A stretch of 24,647 nucleotides of DNA from a virus (taxonomy: Duplodnaviria > Caudoviricetes): positions 1-24,647 of IMG/VR virus record IMGVR_UViG_3300020252_000104, one strand, 5' to 3'. Position numbers and translations under genes: made by a program. The notes below the pieces were generated by a model. It had not been told where the DNA came from, made no database searches, and was given only the letters and a program-made list of their open reading frames with translations. The stretch's first letter is position 1; each line of letters starts with the position of its first letter. Below, in pieces: positions 1 to 8,929 of the stretch.

Positions 1-2
1 AT

Positions 3-332
3 AATGCTACAACGGAATATGAGATTAGATTTGCCAGGGGATACGTCCACCACTGGACTAGCACTGCTTATCGCCAAGAAGTAGAAATCACTGTACTTAT
101 GCCTTCTCATAGAACCCAAACTTGCTATATTAGTATTACTGAGGGGAGTCTCAACACAGGAGCTGGCAATGTTTATAGGGTCGTCAAGAATAAGACGATC
201 CAAGCTGGTTATAACAGTAGTGCTCTTGAAGCAGGTGCTATTACTCTTGATATTACTTCTCCTAGTGGAAACCTATTAGAATTTGCTCCTATTGAAACCA
301 CTGCCTCTAGATTCGCCATTAACGTTCCCTAG
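3..332 (+). CDS. 3' part of a hypothetical (probably virion) protein, truncated by the window start
   Basis: The frame of track ORF 99..332 is open back to base 3 (NATTEYEIRFARGYVHHWTSTAYRQEVEITVLMPSH...), so Met99 is probably internal. Stop TAG at 330-332. Confidence 0.7.
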   Translation, partial: NATTEYEIRFARGYVHHWTSTAYRQEVEITVLMPSHRTQTCYISITEGSLNTGAGNVYRVVKNKTIQAGYNSSALEAGAITLDITSPSGNLLEFAPIETTASRFAINVP

Positions 333-352
333 CAGTGATTATTTAATCCTAT

Positions 353-360
353 AATAAATA
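353..360 (+). promoter_or_regulatory. T4-type late promoter core (AATAAATA)
   Basis: 7/8 match to TATAAATA in the intergenic gap 14 nt before ATG 375. Confidence 0.6.
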
Positions 361-374
361 ACTAAAAACATCCG

Positions 375-1115
375 ATGGCAATAAATTTTCCCAACAATCC
401 TAGTAATGGAGATACCCATACTTTTAATGGGATAACTTGGACTTGGGATGGTACTACTTGGAAAGCTGACCCTTCATCTGTATCTGGTGCTTCTGTTACT
501 GTTAGTGATAATCCACCAACTTCACCTACTCCAGAAAATGGTGATTTATGGTGGGAAAGTGATAGTGGAATATTAAAAGTTTATTACACTGATGGTGATT
601 CTAATCAGTGGGTTGATGCTAGTCATGGTTCAGGCGCTCCTGGTCCTACAGGTCTTGCAGGTCCTCCTGGTGCAGCTGGTGGTCCCGGTCCTGCCGGTTC
701 TCCCGGTCCTCCTGGTCCTGCCGGTCCTGCTGGTACAGATGGAACGGATGGTACTAATGGTCCTCCCGGTCCTCCTGGTCCTGCTGGTGGTGGTGGTGGT
801 GGATCAACTGGAAATGGATCTTGGACTGTTAGTGTTGGTACACTTGAGGTTATAGATACACTTGGTATTAGTAATATTGCTGTTGAGTATCTTTTACATT
901 TTAGTAATACTCTCGGAAAACAGATTCAAAAAGTTGCTATTTTAAATAATGGTACTACTGCATACTCTCAAAATTTTGCAGTGACTTATGATAATCATCC
1001 TCTAGTGTCGGTTGGTGCTTCCGTTTTTGGTGGCAATTTGACTCTAAATGCAATGCCAGAAACTGGAGTAACTGGAACCATAGACTACAAATATTTTAGA
1101 ACACAACTATCATGA
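375..1115 (+). CDS. Collagen-like (Gly-X-Y) fibre/virion protein
   Basis: N-terminal [22 protein letters not shown] and [23 protein letters not shown] motifs typical of cyanophage fibre proteins, 17 Gly-X-Y triplets, beta-rich C-terminal domain. Confidence 0.8.
   Translation: MAINFPNNPSNGDTHTFNGITWTWDGTTWKADPSSVSGASVTVSDNPPTSPTPENGDLWWESDSGILKVYYTDGDSNQWVDASHGSGAPGPTGLAGPPGAAGGPGPAGSPGPPGPAGPAGTDGTDGTNGPPGPPGPAGGGGGGSTGNGSWTVSVGTLEVIDTLGISNIAVEYLLHFSNTLGKQIQKVAILNNGTTAYSQNFAVTYDNHPLVSVGASVFGGNLTLNAMPETGVTGTIDYKYFRTQLS
633..785 (+). repeat. Collagen triple-helix repeat, 17 x Gly-X-Y (GPP/GPA/GTD)
   Basis: [51 protein letters not shown] read directly, followed by a poly-Gly linker. Confidence 0.9.
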
Positions 1116-2974
1116 TAAGTACACATTTAGATCCTAATACTGGTAGAGTTCTAGTTGACATTCCAGATGAACCACAACCATATCTTGTAATGGTTCATAA
1201 TGCTTCCGACTGGAAGGAAGTGCATGATTATATTATTAATGAAAATGAGATAGATAATATTCCGAATAGAAAAATTGATTGTACTTCTGAAATGAAGTGC
1301 TCTCCCAAGAGATCTGTTTATGTAATTTCTCCAGCAGAGGCGGAAGTATTAAAACAACATCCCAAGATTTCTCATGTAGAAAGATCTTCATTGTTTAATC
1401 AGTATGAATTAGAACAAAGAAAGATTGATGAATTAGTTGATCCTCATATTTTTACTGATAGATTTCCAAATATATCAATGAATAATGTTAGGAGATCTGG
1501 TAATTCATCTGCAGATCATACTTCTACAACTATTAATAGTGAGAATTTCTTAACCTTCACTCAATGGGGTCTTTTGAGACACGCCAAGAGAGCCAATGAG
1601 TTTTCGACCAATACTCAAATGGTTCAAGATTCTCAATATACATTGACTGGTAAAAATGTTGATGTTGTTATTATGGATACAGGTGTTAGATGGGATCATC
1701 CGGAGTTTTTAAAACCAGGATTTTATACTGTTCCCAATAATTTGGCTTGTGAAGAATATACAAGAGTAAGAGATATTTTAATTCATGGAGAATCTGAATA
1801 TGGTATCAATTGGGCAACTGAAGGATTAACTGCTCCTGGATCTGGATCTTTAGGAAATTATAATGTTTATGGTGCTCTTCATCACCGGTCCGGTGGTAGT
1901 TCCAGTGGTAGTTTTGTTTCTTATCATGGTTCTCATTGTGCAGGAACTGCTGCCGGTAATGTTTTTGGTCATGCTTTTGAAGCAAATATTTGGAGCATTG
2001 CTTGTGTTGATAGATCCGATTTGGGGTGGAGTGAGCCATCAGATGGGTTTGATTATATTAAAGTTTGGCATAAGAATAAACCGATTAATCCTGAAACTGG
2101 TAGAAGAAATCCGACAGTAGTTAATTGTAGTTGGGGGCATAGGCAATTTGTTGCCAAAACCACTTATGGTGGACAAATGAGGGGCGATGTATTTAATCAA
2201 AATAGTGTTAGTACAACATATGCTCCTGCAGTTCATTATATGAGTACAATAAATATTGGATCTAATTATTTACAGTTTACTGCGGCTCGTCTGACTGCTA
2301 GTGGACAAGCACAGGCTGATGAAGCATTTGATGATCCAGATTGTAAGGATATTGTTTGGTGTTTTGCTGCTGGAAACTCTGATGATAAGCAAGATGTTCC
2401 AAATGGTGCTGATTATGAAAATGAATTTAATGATGGAACTTTTTACTATCCCAGCAATGATAAACATTTCAATAGATCTGGAACTCCAGGTATAACTCAT
2501 CAGGGTCTACCTGATGCTGGTATTGTGGTTGGTGCTATGGATTCTACCAGACAATCTGGATCTCAGGAAAGATGCTCTAGCTTTAGTAACAGAGGACCTG
2601 CTATTGATGTTTGGGCAGCTGGGTCAGATATATTAAGCCCATATGGGTCTGGAACCATTGATCCTAGAGACACTACTAGCACTCATAGAAATTATGCAAT
2701 TAGTGGTACTAGTATGGCAACACCACAAGTTTGTGGAGTAATGGCTCTTTATAAAGAATCTCATCCAAATTCTACTAGAGAGGAATCTAGAAAGTGGTTA
2801 CTGACTCATGGATCAGTTGATCTATCTGATACTGACTATTATGACCCTTATCAAAGTAATGCTAAAAATGATTCTAATTATTGGGGAAGCACTTATAGTT
2901 TAAAATCATCAACTCGAAGAGTGCTATATAATCCATATGCAAATAATGGAACTGTTAGATTCAGTGGATTCTAA
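1112..2974 (+). CDS. Subtilisin-family (peptidase S8) serine protease with N-terminal propeptide-like region
   Basis: Catalytic motifs in subtilase order: VDVVIMDTG (Asp, 1676), HGSHCAGTAAG (His, 1925), AAGN (oxyanion Asn), GTSMATPQV (Ser, 2711); also FSNRGPAIDVWAAG. ATGA overlap with the collagen gene. Confidence 0.95.
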   Translation: MISTHLDPNTGRVLVDIPDEPQPYLVMVHNASDWKEVHDYIINENEIDNIPNRKIDCTSEMKCSPKRSVYVISPAEAEVLKQHPKISHVERSSLFNQYELEQRKIDELVDPHIFTDRFPNISMNNVRRSGNSSADHTSTTINSENFLTFTQWGLLRHAKRANEFSTNTQMVQDSQYTLTGKNVDVVIMDTGVRWDHPEFLKPGFYTVPNNLACEEYTRVRDILIHGESEYGINWATEGLTAPGSGSLGNYNVYGALHHRSGGSSSGSFVSYHGSHCAGTAAGNVFGHAFEANIWSIACVDRSDLGWSEPSDGFDYIKVWHKNKPINPETGRRNPTVVNCSWGHRQFVAKTTYGGQMRGDVFNQNSVSTTYAPAVHYMSTINIGSNYLQFTAARLTASGQAQADEAFDDPDCKDIVWCFAAGNSDDKQDVPNGADYENEFNDGTFYYPSNDKHFNRSGTPGITHQGLPDAGIVVGAMDSTRQSGSQERCSSFSNRGPAIDVWAAGSDILSPYGSGTIDPRDTTSTHRNYAISGTSMATPQVCGVMALYKESHPNSTREESRKWLLTHGSVDLSDTDYYDPYQSNAKNDSNYWGSTYSLKSSTRRVLYNPYANNGTVRFSGF

Positions 2975-2981
2975 ATTATTT

Positions 2982-2989
2982 CATAAATA
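2982..2989 (+). promoter_or_regulatory. T4-type late promoter core (CATAAATA)
   Basis: 7/8 match to TATAAATA, intergenic before ATG 3016. Confidence 0.6.
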
Positions 2990-3015
2990 AAACTACTAGA
3001 CAATCATTAAAAAAA

Positions 3016-3315
3016 ATGGGAAGATTCGTAGGTGTAGGAGGAGATCGTGCTACTGGCGGTGGCGGTGGTAGTGGAACTATTGTACAAACTTCTCCTTTCT
3101 CTAAAGCAACCGGTATTACAACAGACTCAAGTAACAATGTTACTGCTGTGACTCTTGGTGAGAATTCATATTCTAGTGTTCAGTATAATAATGTTGGATT
3201 GATTACTGGATACAATGAAGTTATTGGTACTAATACTAAAGGATGGGTATTGTCTTATGAAGCAGATACTAACTTGATATCAACTATTGTTGAGAGAGAT
3301 TCGCCCCATCCATAA
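3016..3315 (+). CDS. Small protein consisting only of the N-terminal module shared with the next two genes
   Basis: MGRFVG...ATGITTDSSNNVTAVTLGENSYSSVQYNNVGLITGYNE aligns by eye with the N-termini of 3349..5367 and 5367..7988. Confidence 0.8.
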   Translation: MGRFVGVGGDRATGGGGGSGTIVQTSPFSKATGITTDSSNNVTAVTLGENSYSSVQYNNVGLITGYNEVIGTNTKGWVLSYEADTNLISTIVERDSPHP

Positions 3316-3318
3316 GAA

Positions 3319-3326
3319 TCTAAATA
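3319..3326 (+). promoter_or_regulatory. Possible T4-type late promoter core (TCTAAATA)
   Basis: 7/8 match to TATAAATA in the short gap before ATG 3349. Confidence 0.45.
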
Positions 3327-3348
3327 CTATTGAAAATTTTATGCAGAC

Positions 3349-5367
3349 ATGGGAAGATTTGTAGGGCTAACGCATAATAGGCACAATAAAGGAAGTGGCG
3401 GATCTTCCAATATACTCAGGACGACTGAGTATGAAAGTGTGGCGGGTATTACTACAGATTCTGATAATAATGTCACTGAGATTACTTTAGGTGAAAATAA
3501 GTATGAAGACGTAAAATATAATAACGTAGGACTCATAACGAGTTACGTTGAAAATATTGGTGGGAACAGTATTACGTATAATCTTCTTTACGATGCTGCT
3601 GGAATTGTAACTTCAATACAAGAATTTGTTCCACCAATTCCAACTTATACGTTTGTTGGTATACCTACATCTATAAGTGAAGGTTCTACCGGTATAGTTA
3701 CAGTACAAGTAACTGGTATGAATCCTTCTTCTGTATTATACTGGGATATAACCAACCCTGCTGATTTTACTACGAGTTCTGGAAACTTTTCTCTCGATTC
3801 AAACGCACAGGGGACAGTAAGTATAGGTCCTCTTGCGGATCAACTTACTGAAGGACCTGAAACATTTGTATTTAGAGTTAGAACAGGATCTACTACAGGT
3901 GCTATTGTTACTACAAGTGATCCAATAACAATTAATGATACTTCAAATACTCCAACTTTCGCCCTTACTCCACCCTCATCTATAGATGAAGGTAGTGCAG
4001 GTCTTATTACTTGTACCACGACAGATATTTTTGACGGAACTACTTTATACTGGGATGTAATACCAACAACTGATTTTACTGCTTCTGATGGATCAGTTAC
4101 AGTTAATTCAAATAGTGCAGATATATACGTAACTCCTGATGCGGATCAAACAACTGAAGGACCAGAAACTTTTCAGTTAAAACTTTATACTGATGCTGCT
4201 AGAACGGTGAACGTTGCAACTAGTAGTAGTATAACAATTAATGATTCATCTCAGACACTAGCTTACGCTTTTTCTAATGTTCCTTCATCCATGAATGAAG
4301 GACAAACGATTAATCTTACAGTTACTACTCTGAATACTCCTGATGGTACAACATTATATTGGGATATATTAGGAGGTTCTGGTGTAAATTCTAGTGACTT
4401 TGCAGTATATCAAGATTCAATCACAGTAAATAATAATACCTCTTTAGTTCAAATTAGTACAGCGAATGATAACTCTTCTTCCGAGGGGACGGAAACATTT
4501 CAAGTTAGATTATTTACAGATTCTGCTAGAACAAATCAAGTAGCTATAGCTAGCACTATTACTATTAATGATACTTCTTTCTCTCCACAAGTTGTATATC
4601 AAAATGCTGGAACCTATAGTTGGATATGTCCTGCAGGTGTAACATCAGTATGTGTTGTCTGTGTTGGTGGTGGTGGTAAAGGTGGTGGCGGCGGAGGCGG
4701 CGGAGGCGGTCTCGGATGGAAGAATAATATATCTGTAACAGCAGGTCAATCATATACTGTAGTCGTTGGTGCGCGTGGATCGGACAGTGCAAATGGAGGA
4801 AATTCTTATTTTATAAGCACTGGTACAGTAGCTGGATATGGTGGTAACACTGCCACTAGTTCTTTAGGTACTAATAATACAGCTGGCGGTAGTTATGTTG
4901 GTGATGGCGGTGGTAGTGGTGGAAATGGTAGTAGTTCAAATGCATGGGGAGGCGGCGGCGGAGGTGCTGGCGGATATTCTGGCAATGGTGGATCTTCTAA
5001 CACTGTAAGTGGTAATTCTGGATCTGGCGGTGGCGGTGGAGGTGGCGCTGGTCACTCTAGCACTGACTCTAATGATGGCAAACGTAAAGGCGGCGGTGGT
5101 GGTGGAGTTGGTCTTTTAGGGCAAGGTAGTTCTGGTGCTGGTGCCCCTAGTAGCAGTTATGGTGGTGATGGCGGTTACGGTGGATCTGGCGGTGCAAATG
5201 GAACTCAATCCGGTGCACACGCCGGAGGTGCTGGCGGCAACTATGGCGGTGGCGGTGGAGGATCAAATGATACATCAGGTGGCTTCAGTGGAGGTCCTGG
5301 TAAAGGTGCTGTTAGAATTATTTGGGGCTCTGGACGCTCCTTCCCCTCAAATGCAGGTGATATTTAA
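3349..5367 (+). CDS. Putative tail fibre/adhesin: shared N-module, 3 Ig/Calx-beta-like repeats, Gly-rich tip domain
   Basis: Three ~100-aa repeats (S[IM]xEG...LYWD...TEGPETF...ITINDTS), then YSWICPAGVTSVCVVCVGGGG, poly-Gly tracts and C-terminal GAVRIIWGSGRSFP. Confidence 0.8.
   Translation: MGRFVGLTHNRHNKGSGGSSNILRTTEYESVAGITTDSDNNVTEITLGENKYEDVKYNNVGLITSYVENIGGNSITYNLLYDAAGIVTSIQEFVPPIPTYTFVGIPTSISEGSTGIVTVQVTGMNPSSVLYWDITNPADFTTSSGNFSLDSNAQGTVSIGPLADQLTEGPETFVFRVRTGSTTGAIVTTSDPITINDTSNTPTFALTPPSSIDEGSAGLITCTTTDIFDGTTLYWDVIPTTDFTASDGSVTVNSNSADIYVTPDADQTTEGPETFQLKLYTDAARTVNVATSSSITINDSSQTLAYAFSNVPSSMNEGQTINLTVTTLNTPDGTTLYWDILGGSGVNSSDFAVYQDSITVNNNTSLVQISTANDNSSSEGTETFQVRLFTDSARTNQVAIASTITINDTSFSPQVVYQNAGTYSWICPAGVTSVCVVCVGGGGKGGGGGGGGGGLGWKNNISVTAGQSYTVVVGARGSDSANGGNSYFISTGTVAGYGGNTATSSLGTNNTAGGSYVGDGGGSGGNGSSSNAWGGGGGGAGGYSGNGGSSNTVSGNSGSGGGGGGGAGHSSTDSNDGKRKGGGGGGVGLLGQGSSGAGAPSSSYGGDGGYGGSGGANGTQSGAHAGGAGGNYGGGGGGSNDTSGGFSGGPGKGAVRIIWGSGRSFPSNAGDI
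3481..3524 (+). repeat. 44-bp exact direct repeat, copy 1 (copy 2 at 5493-5536)
   Basis: attactttaggtgaaaataagtatgaagacgtaaaatataataa is present in both paralogues; a 30-bp identical block also occurs at 3898-3927 and 5913-5942. Confidence 0.9.
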
Positions 5368-7988
5368 TGGGTAGATTTATAGGTTTAAGTCACGATAGAT
5401 TTGATGGTGATGGTTCTGCCAATATACTTAAGACGGCTGAATATGAAAGTGCCACTGGAATTACTACAGATTCCAATAACAACGTCACAGAAATTACTTT
5501 AGGTGAAAATAAGTATGAAGACGTAAAATATAATAATGTTGGTTTGATTACTAGTTATGTTGAAATTATTGATGGAGAAAGTATTACATTTAATCTTCTT
5601 TACGACGCTGCTGGAATTGTAACTTCAATACGTGAACAGCAACCTCCGGAACCAACATATATTTTTTCTGCTATTCCCACATCTATAGGTGAGGGAAGCA
5701 CGGGTATTTGTACTGTAGTAACAACAGATGTAAATCCAGGAGCTGTATTTTATTGGGATGTAACTAATCCTAGTGACTTTGATGTAAGTCAACAATCTGG
5801 TTCGTTTACTCTTGGTGCTGGCATAGGAACTTTTAGTGTTGGACCAAGAATTGATTATTTAACCGAAGGTGTTGAAAGTTTTAGAGTAAATATCAGATAT
5901 CCCTCTGCATCGGGTGCTATTGTTACTACAAGTGATCCAATACAAATCGCAGATGATTCATTAACGCCAACTTATTCTGTGCAAGTTCCTGTTTCAATTG
6001 ATGAGGGATCCACTGGTATTTGTACTGTAGTTACTACTAGTCTCTATGATGGTGATATTGTTTATTGGGATTTACTTCCTTCTGGCATGACAGCAGATAT
6101 TGTTTCAACATCTGGTAGTTTGTCTATGACAGCAAACACTGCGACAATAAATTTAACTACGATAAATGATTATACTGTGGAAGGACCAGAAACTTTTCAG
6201 GTAAAACTTTATAGTGATTCTGCTAGAACTGTAAATGTTGCAACTAGTAGTAGTATAACAATTAACGACACTTCTCAATATGCTGAGGGACAACAATCAT
6301 ATACAAGTCCTGGAACATACAGTTGGACTGCTCCCGAAGGAGTTTCTTCAGTTTCTGTTGTTTGTGTTGGTGGTGGTGCCGGTGGTGATAATGGATGGTA
6401 TGAAACTGCTCAAAGAACTCATGGTGCTGGTGGAGGTGGTGGACTAGGATATGTTAATAACATATCAGTAACGGAAGGACAATCATATACTGTTGTCGTT
6501 GGATATGGTGGAACTGGAGGATCATCAGGTCTAATACCGGAAGATGCAGGTGATGGTGGTGATTCTTGGTTTTTGAGTGAGACTACTGTCAATGGTAAAG
6601 GTGGAAAGGCTTGGCACAAGCGAAATATGTATTATCTAACTGGTGGTAATAAAACAAATATAAGTTATCGAGATAGCAGTTCATCAAATCTTAACTTACA
6701 AGGTAACTCTGAGGTTCATGCTGAAGGTGGAGATTTCAATGTATATTACAGACTTGATGGAACCAAAGGAGATAATGCCTCATATGGTGGTAATGGTGCT
6801 TATGTTGCAGGAACTGTCAGAATAAAAGATGGGATGAAAATAAAATGTCGTCTAGATCGAGGGAATGCTGCGATATATCATGAACCATCGTCATTTCAAA
6901 GATCGCATTGTGTTATGTGTGCTGCTGCTGGTGGTGATAAGGGTACTCCTAGAGATGATCTTGGTGGATGGGGTGGTGGACACCCGTCTAGACCTAGAGA
7001 TAGATATGGTGGTGCCGCTGGATCTAATTCTGGTAATAGTGGGGAAAGTTTGAATGGTTCTGGTGGTGGTACAGGTGGAACGACTAGTGGATACATGAGT
7101 GGTAGTGATGGTGTAGGTGGTGTAAATGGTGGGGATCTAATGAGTGGTTCTGCTGGAAGTGGTACACATTTTGTTGGTGGAAATGGTCCTGGTGGTATTG
7201 ATGGAGATGGTGGTAATGGTGGTTCTGGATATTTTAGCGGCGGCGGTGGCGGCGGCGGTTGGGATAGCAACTGGGATTATGGTGGATATTTCGGTGGCGG
7301 TGGTGGAGGAGGATCTACTTATAGTGGAGGACTTCCAAGTCCATCGGTAGATTCAAGAAGTCCTGCTGAAGTTCTTGTTACTAGTGTCTCTGATGGTGGT
7401 AATGGTAGTAATTCAAATAACACTGCTTATATTTCCACTGTTGAAATAGTTTATGGAACAGAAACTAGTAATGGTCAGGGTATTGGTGGTACTTATATTG
7501 GTGATGGTGGTGGTAATGGTGGAAAGGGTGGAAGAGATTCATACAACACAGCAGGTGGAGGTGGTGCCGGTGGATATTCTGGAAATGGTGGAGATGGACA
7601 GGATAATATAAATTCAACTCTTGCAACTGATGGTTCTGGTGGTGCAGGTGGCGGTGGATCTACGGGTAATCGAGATTCTAGTCTTTATGGTGGAAGTGGT
7701 GGTGGAGTCGGTCTACTAGGTGAGGGAACTAGTGGTGCATCTGGTTCTTTTGATTCAAATGATGGATCAACAAGTATCAATCGTGCTGGTAAAGGTGGAT
7801 CTGGCGGTACTGATGGTGATTATGGATCTGGTGGTTCAACTGCTGGAGATTTTGGTGGAGGAGGACGTTCTGGATTGCAGTTTAGTAATGGTAACGTAAC
7901 TGCTGGATCTGCTGGTGCTAGTGGTGGTGTAAGAATTATTTGGGGTCCAAATAGATCTTTCCCATCTACCAATACTGGTGATGTTTGA
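5367..7988 (+). CDS. Putative tail fibre/adhesin paralogue: shared N-module, 2 Ig-like repeats, Gly-rich tip with a nested second Gly-rich domain
   Basis: TAATG-coupled to the upstream paralogue, same architecture, ends GGVRIIWGPNRSFP; ~290-aa insertion at 6606-7481. Confidence 0.8.
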   Translation: MGRFIGLSHDRFDGDGSANILKTAEYESATGITTDSNNNVTEITLGENKYEDVKYNNVGLITSYVEIIDGESITFNLLYDAAGIVTSIREQQPPEPTYIFSAIPTSIGEGSTGICTVVTTDVNPGAVFYWDVTNPSDFDVSQQSGSFTLGAGIGTFSVGPRIDYLTEGVESFRVNIRYPSASGAIVTTSDPIQIADDSLTPTYSVQVPVSIDEGSTGICTVVTTSLYDGDIVYWDLLPSGMTADIVSTSGSLSMTANTATINLTTINDYTVEGPETFQVKLYSDSARTVNVATSSSITINDTSQYAEGQQSYTSPGTYSWTAPEGVSSVSVVCVGGGAGGDNGWYETAQRTHGAGGGGGLGYVNNISVTEGQSYTVVVGYGGTGGSSGLIPEDAGDGGDSWFLSETTVNGKGGKAWHKRNMYYLTGGNKTNISYRDSSSSNLNLQGNSEVHAEGGDFNVYYRLDGTKGDNASYGGNGAYVAGTVRIKDGMKIKCRLDRGNAAIYHEPSSFQRSHCVMCAAAGGDKGTPRDDLGGWGGGHPSRPRDRYGGAAGSNSGNSGESLNGSGGGTGGTTSGYMSGSDGVGGVNGGDLMSGSAGSGTHFVGGNGPGGIDGDGGNGGSGYFSGGGGGGGWDSNWDYGGYFGGGGGGGSTYSGGLPSPSVDSRSPAEVLVTSVSDGGNGSNSNNTAYISTVEIVYGTETSNGQGIGGTYIGDGGGNGGKGGRDSYNTAGGGGAGGYSGNGGDGQDNINSTLATDGSGGAGGGGSTGNRDSSLYGGSGGGVGLLGEGTSGASGSFDSNDGSTSINRAGKGGSGGTDGDYGSGGSTAGDFGGGGRSGLQFSNGNVTAGSAGASGGVRIIWGPNRSFPSTNTGDV
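5493..5536 (+). repeat. 44-bp exact direct repeat, copy 2
   Basis: Identical to 3481-3524. Confidence 0.9.
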
Positions 7989-7994
7989 TAAATA
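7987..7994 (+). promoter_or_regulatory. T4-type late promoter core (GATAAATA)
   Basis: 7/8 match overlapping the upstream stop codon, 20 nt before ATG 8015. Confidence 0.55.
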
Positions 7995-8014
7995 TAAAAA
8001 AAGTACTTGATTAG

Positions 8015-8806
8015 ATGGCTGATAAAGATTTTGGTGTAAAAGGATTGAGATTAGTTGGACCTTCGGGTACTCCAACTATTCATAGTCCTAATAATTTAAA
8101 TGTAAACGCTGTAAATGTTGCCATCAGTACTGACATTTCTATTGGCGGAACATGTACTGCTTATCAATTTGATGGTGCAATCGCTGGTTGGAATATTACT
8201 AACGATTATACAAATCATTATATTTTCACTGGTCCTGGTTTAGGATCTTCTTCTTTTTATGATCCAGATATACATCTTGTTAGAGGACAAAAATATATCT
8301 TCCATAATAGATCATCAGGACATCCTTTCAGGATCCAAAGTACACCTAACGGTAGTACGGGTACGCAATATAACCTTGGTGTAGTTAATAATGATGGTTC
8401 TGCACCAACAGACATCATATTTGATGTTCCTTTTGAGGCACCAAATGTTTTGTACTATCAGTGTACATCACACCCTGCTATGGGTGGTAGAATTATTATA
8501 GGAGGTGGTGGAAACATTCCACAAAATGCTAAAACATCATCTTATACATTAATTGCTTCTGATACTGGTAAGCATGTAAGTATTTCATCTGGAAATATAA
8601 CTGTTCCTTCAAGTGTTTTTAGTGTAGGTGATATTGTCACCATCTTTAACAATAGTTCTAGCACAATGTCAATCGTTGCTAGTGGAACTACTTTAAGAAA
8701 AGCAGGCACTACTGGAACTGGAACATGCACTCTTGCTGTATATGGAAGGGCGTCTATTCTATGTGTTAGTACTGATGTATTTGTAGTCTCTGGTAATATA
8801 ACTTGA
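8015..8806 (+). CDS. Putative virion/fibre protein with a central cupredoxin-like domain
   Basis: HPF (His 8321) ... LYYQCTSHPAMGG (Cys 8462, His 8471, Met 8480) matches the type-1 copper ligand pattern; C-terminal NIPQNAKTSSYTLIASDTGK beta domain of the kind seen in phage fibres. Confidence 0.7.
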   Translation: MADKDFGVKGLRLVGPSGTPTIHSPNNLNVNAVNVAISTDISIGGTCTAYQFDGAIAGWNITNDYTNHYIFTGPGLGSSSFYDPDIHLVRGQKYIFHNRSSGHPFRIQSTPNGSTGTQYNLGVVNNDGSAPTDIIFDVPFEAPNVLYYQCTSHPAMGGRIIIGGGGNIPQNAKTSSYTLIASDTGKHVSISSGNITVPSSVFSVGDIVTIFNNSSSTMSIVASGTTLRKAGTTGTGTCTLAVYGRASILCVSTDVFVVSGNIT

Positions 8807-8807
8807 T

Positions 8808-8906
8808 ATGTCAGTAGTAAGTCAACAGCATTTATTTTCATCCTCTGCTATGATGATCGGCGGATCAGTTTCATTTGATGGTGTGGATCAAAATTACACA
8901 CCATAA
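8808..8906 (+). pseudogene. 32-aa mini-ORF, probable truncated gene remnant (MSVVSQQHLFSSSAMMIGGSVSFDGVDQNYTP)
   Basis: Starts 1 nt after the upstream stop and fills the gap exactly. It ends just after GGSVSFDG, which resembles the start of LamG/ConA-like domains. Not in the ORF track. Confidence 0.45.
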
Positions 8907-8909
8907 ATA
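8902..8909 (+). promoter_or_regulatory. T4-type late promoter core (CATAAATA)
   Basis: 7/8 match, 20 nt before ATG 8930. Confidence 0.6.
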
Positions 8910-8929
8910 TCTAATAAAGTATCAATATA

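Noticed and set aside
592-855. Very hydrophobic Val/Leu-rich ORF resembling a membrane protein
   Set aside because: Alternate-frame shadow of the collagen GGT-CCT repeats inside 375..1115
3016-5367. 3016 and 3349 as one frameshifted or interrupted gene
   Set aside because: Each starts with its own copy of the same N-terminal module and has its own promoter-like core, so they are tandem paralogues
6896-7270. Pro-rich minus-strand ORF (also 6419..6619)
   Set aside because: Antisense shadow of poly-Gly codons in the adhesin gene
3349-7988. Diversity-generating retroelement template/variable repeat pair
   Set aside because: Both copies lie in intact paralogous genes, mismatches are not adenine-specific, and no reverse transcriptase is in the window
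8015-8806. Plastocyanin (petE) auxiliary metabolic gene
   Set aside because: No signal peptide, the domain is embedded between structural modules, and only the ligand pattern matches
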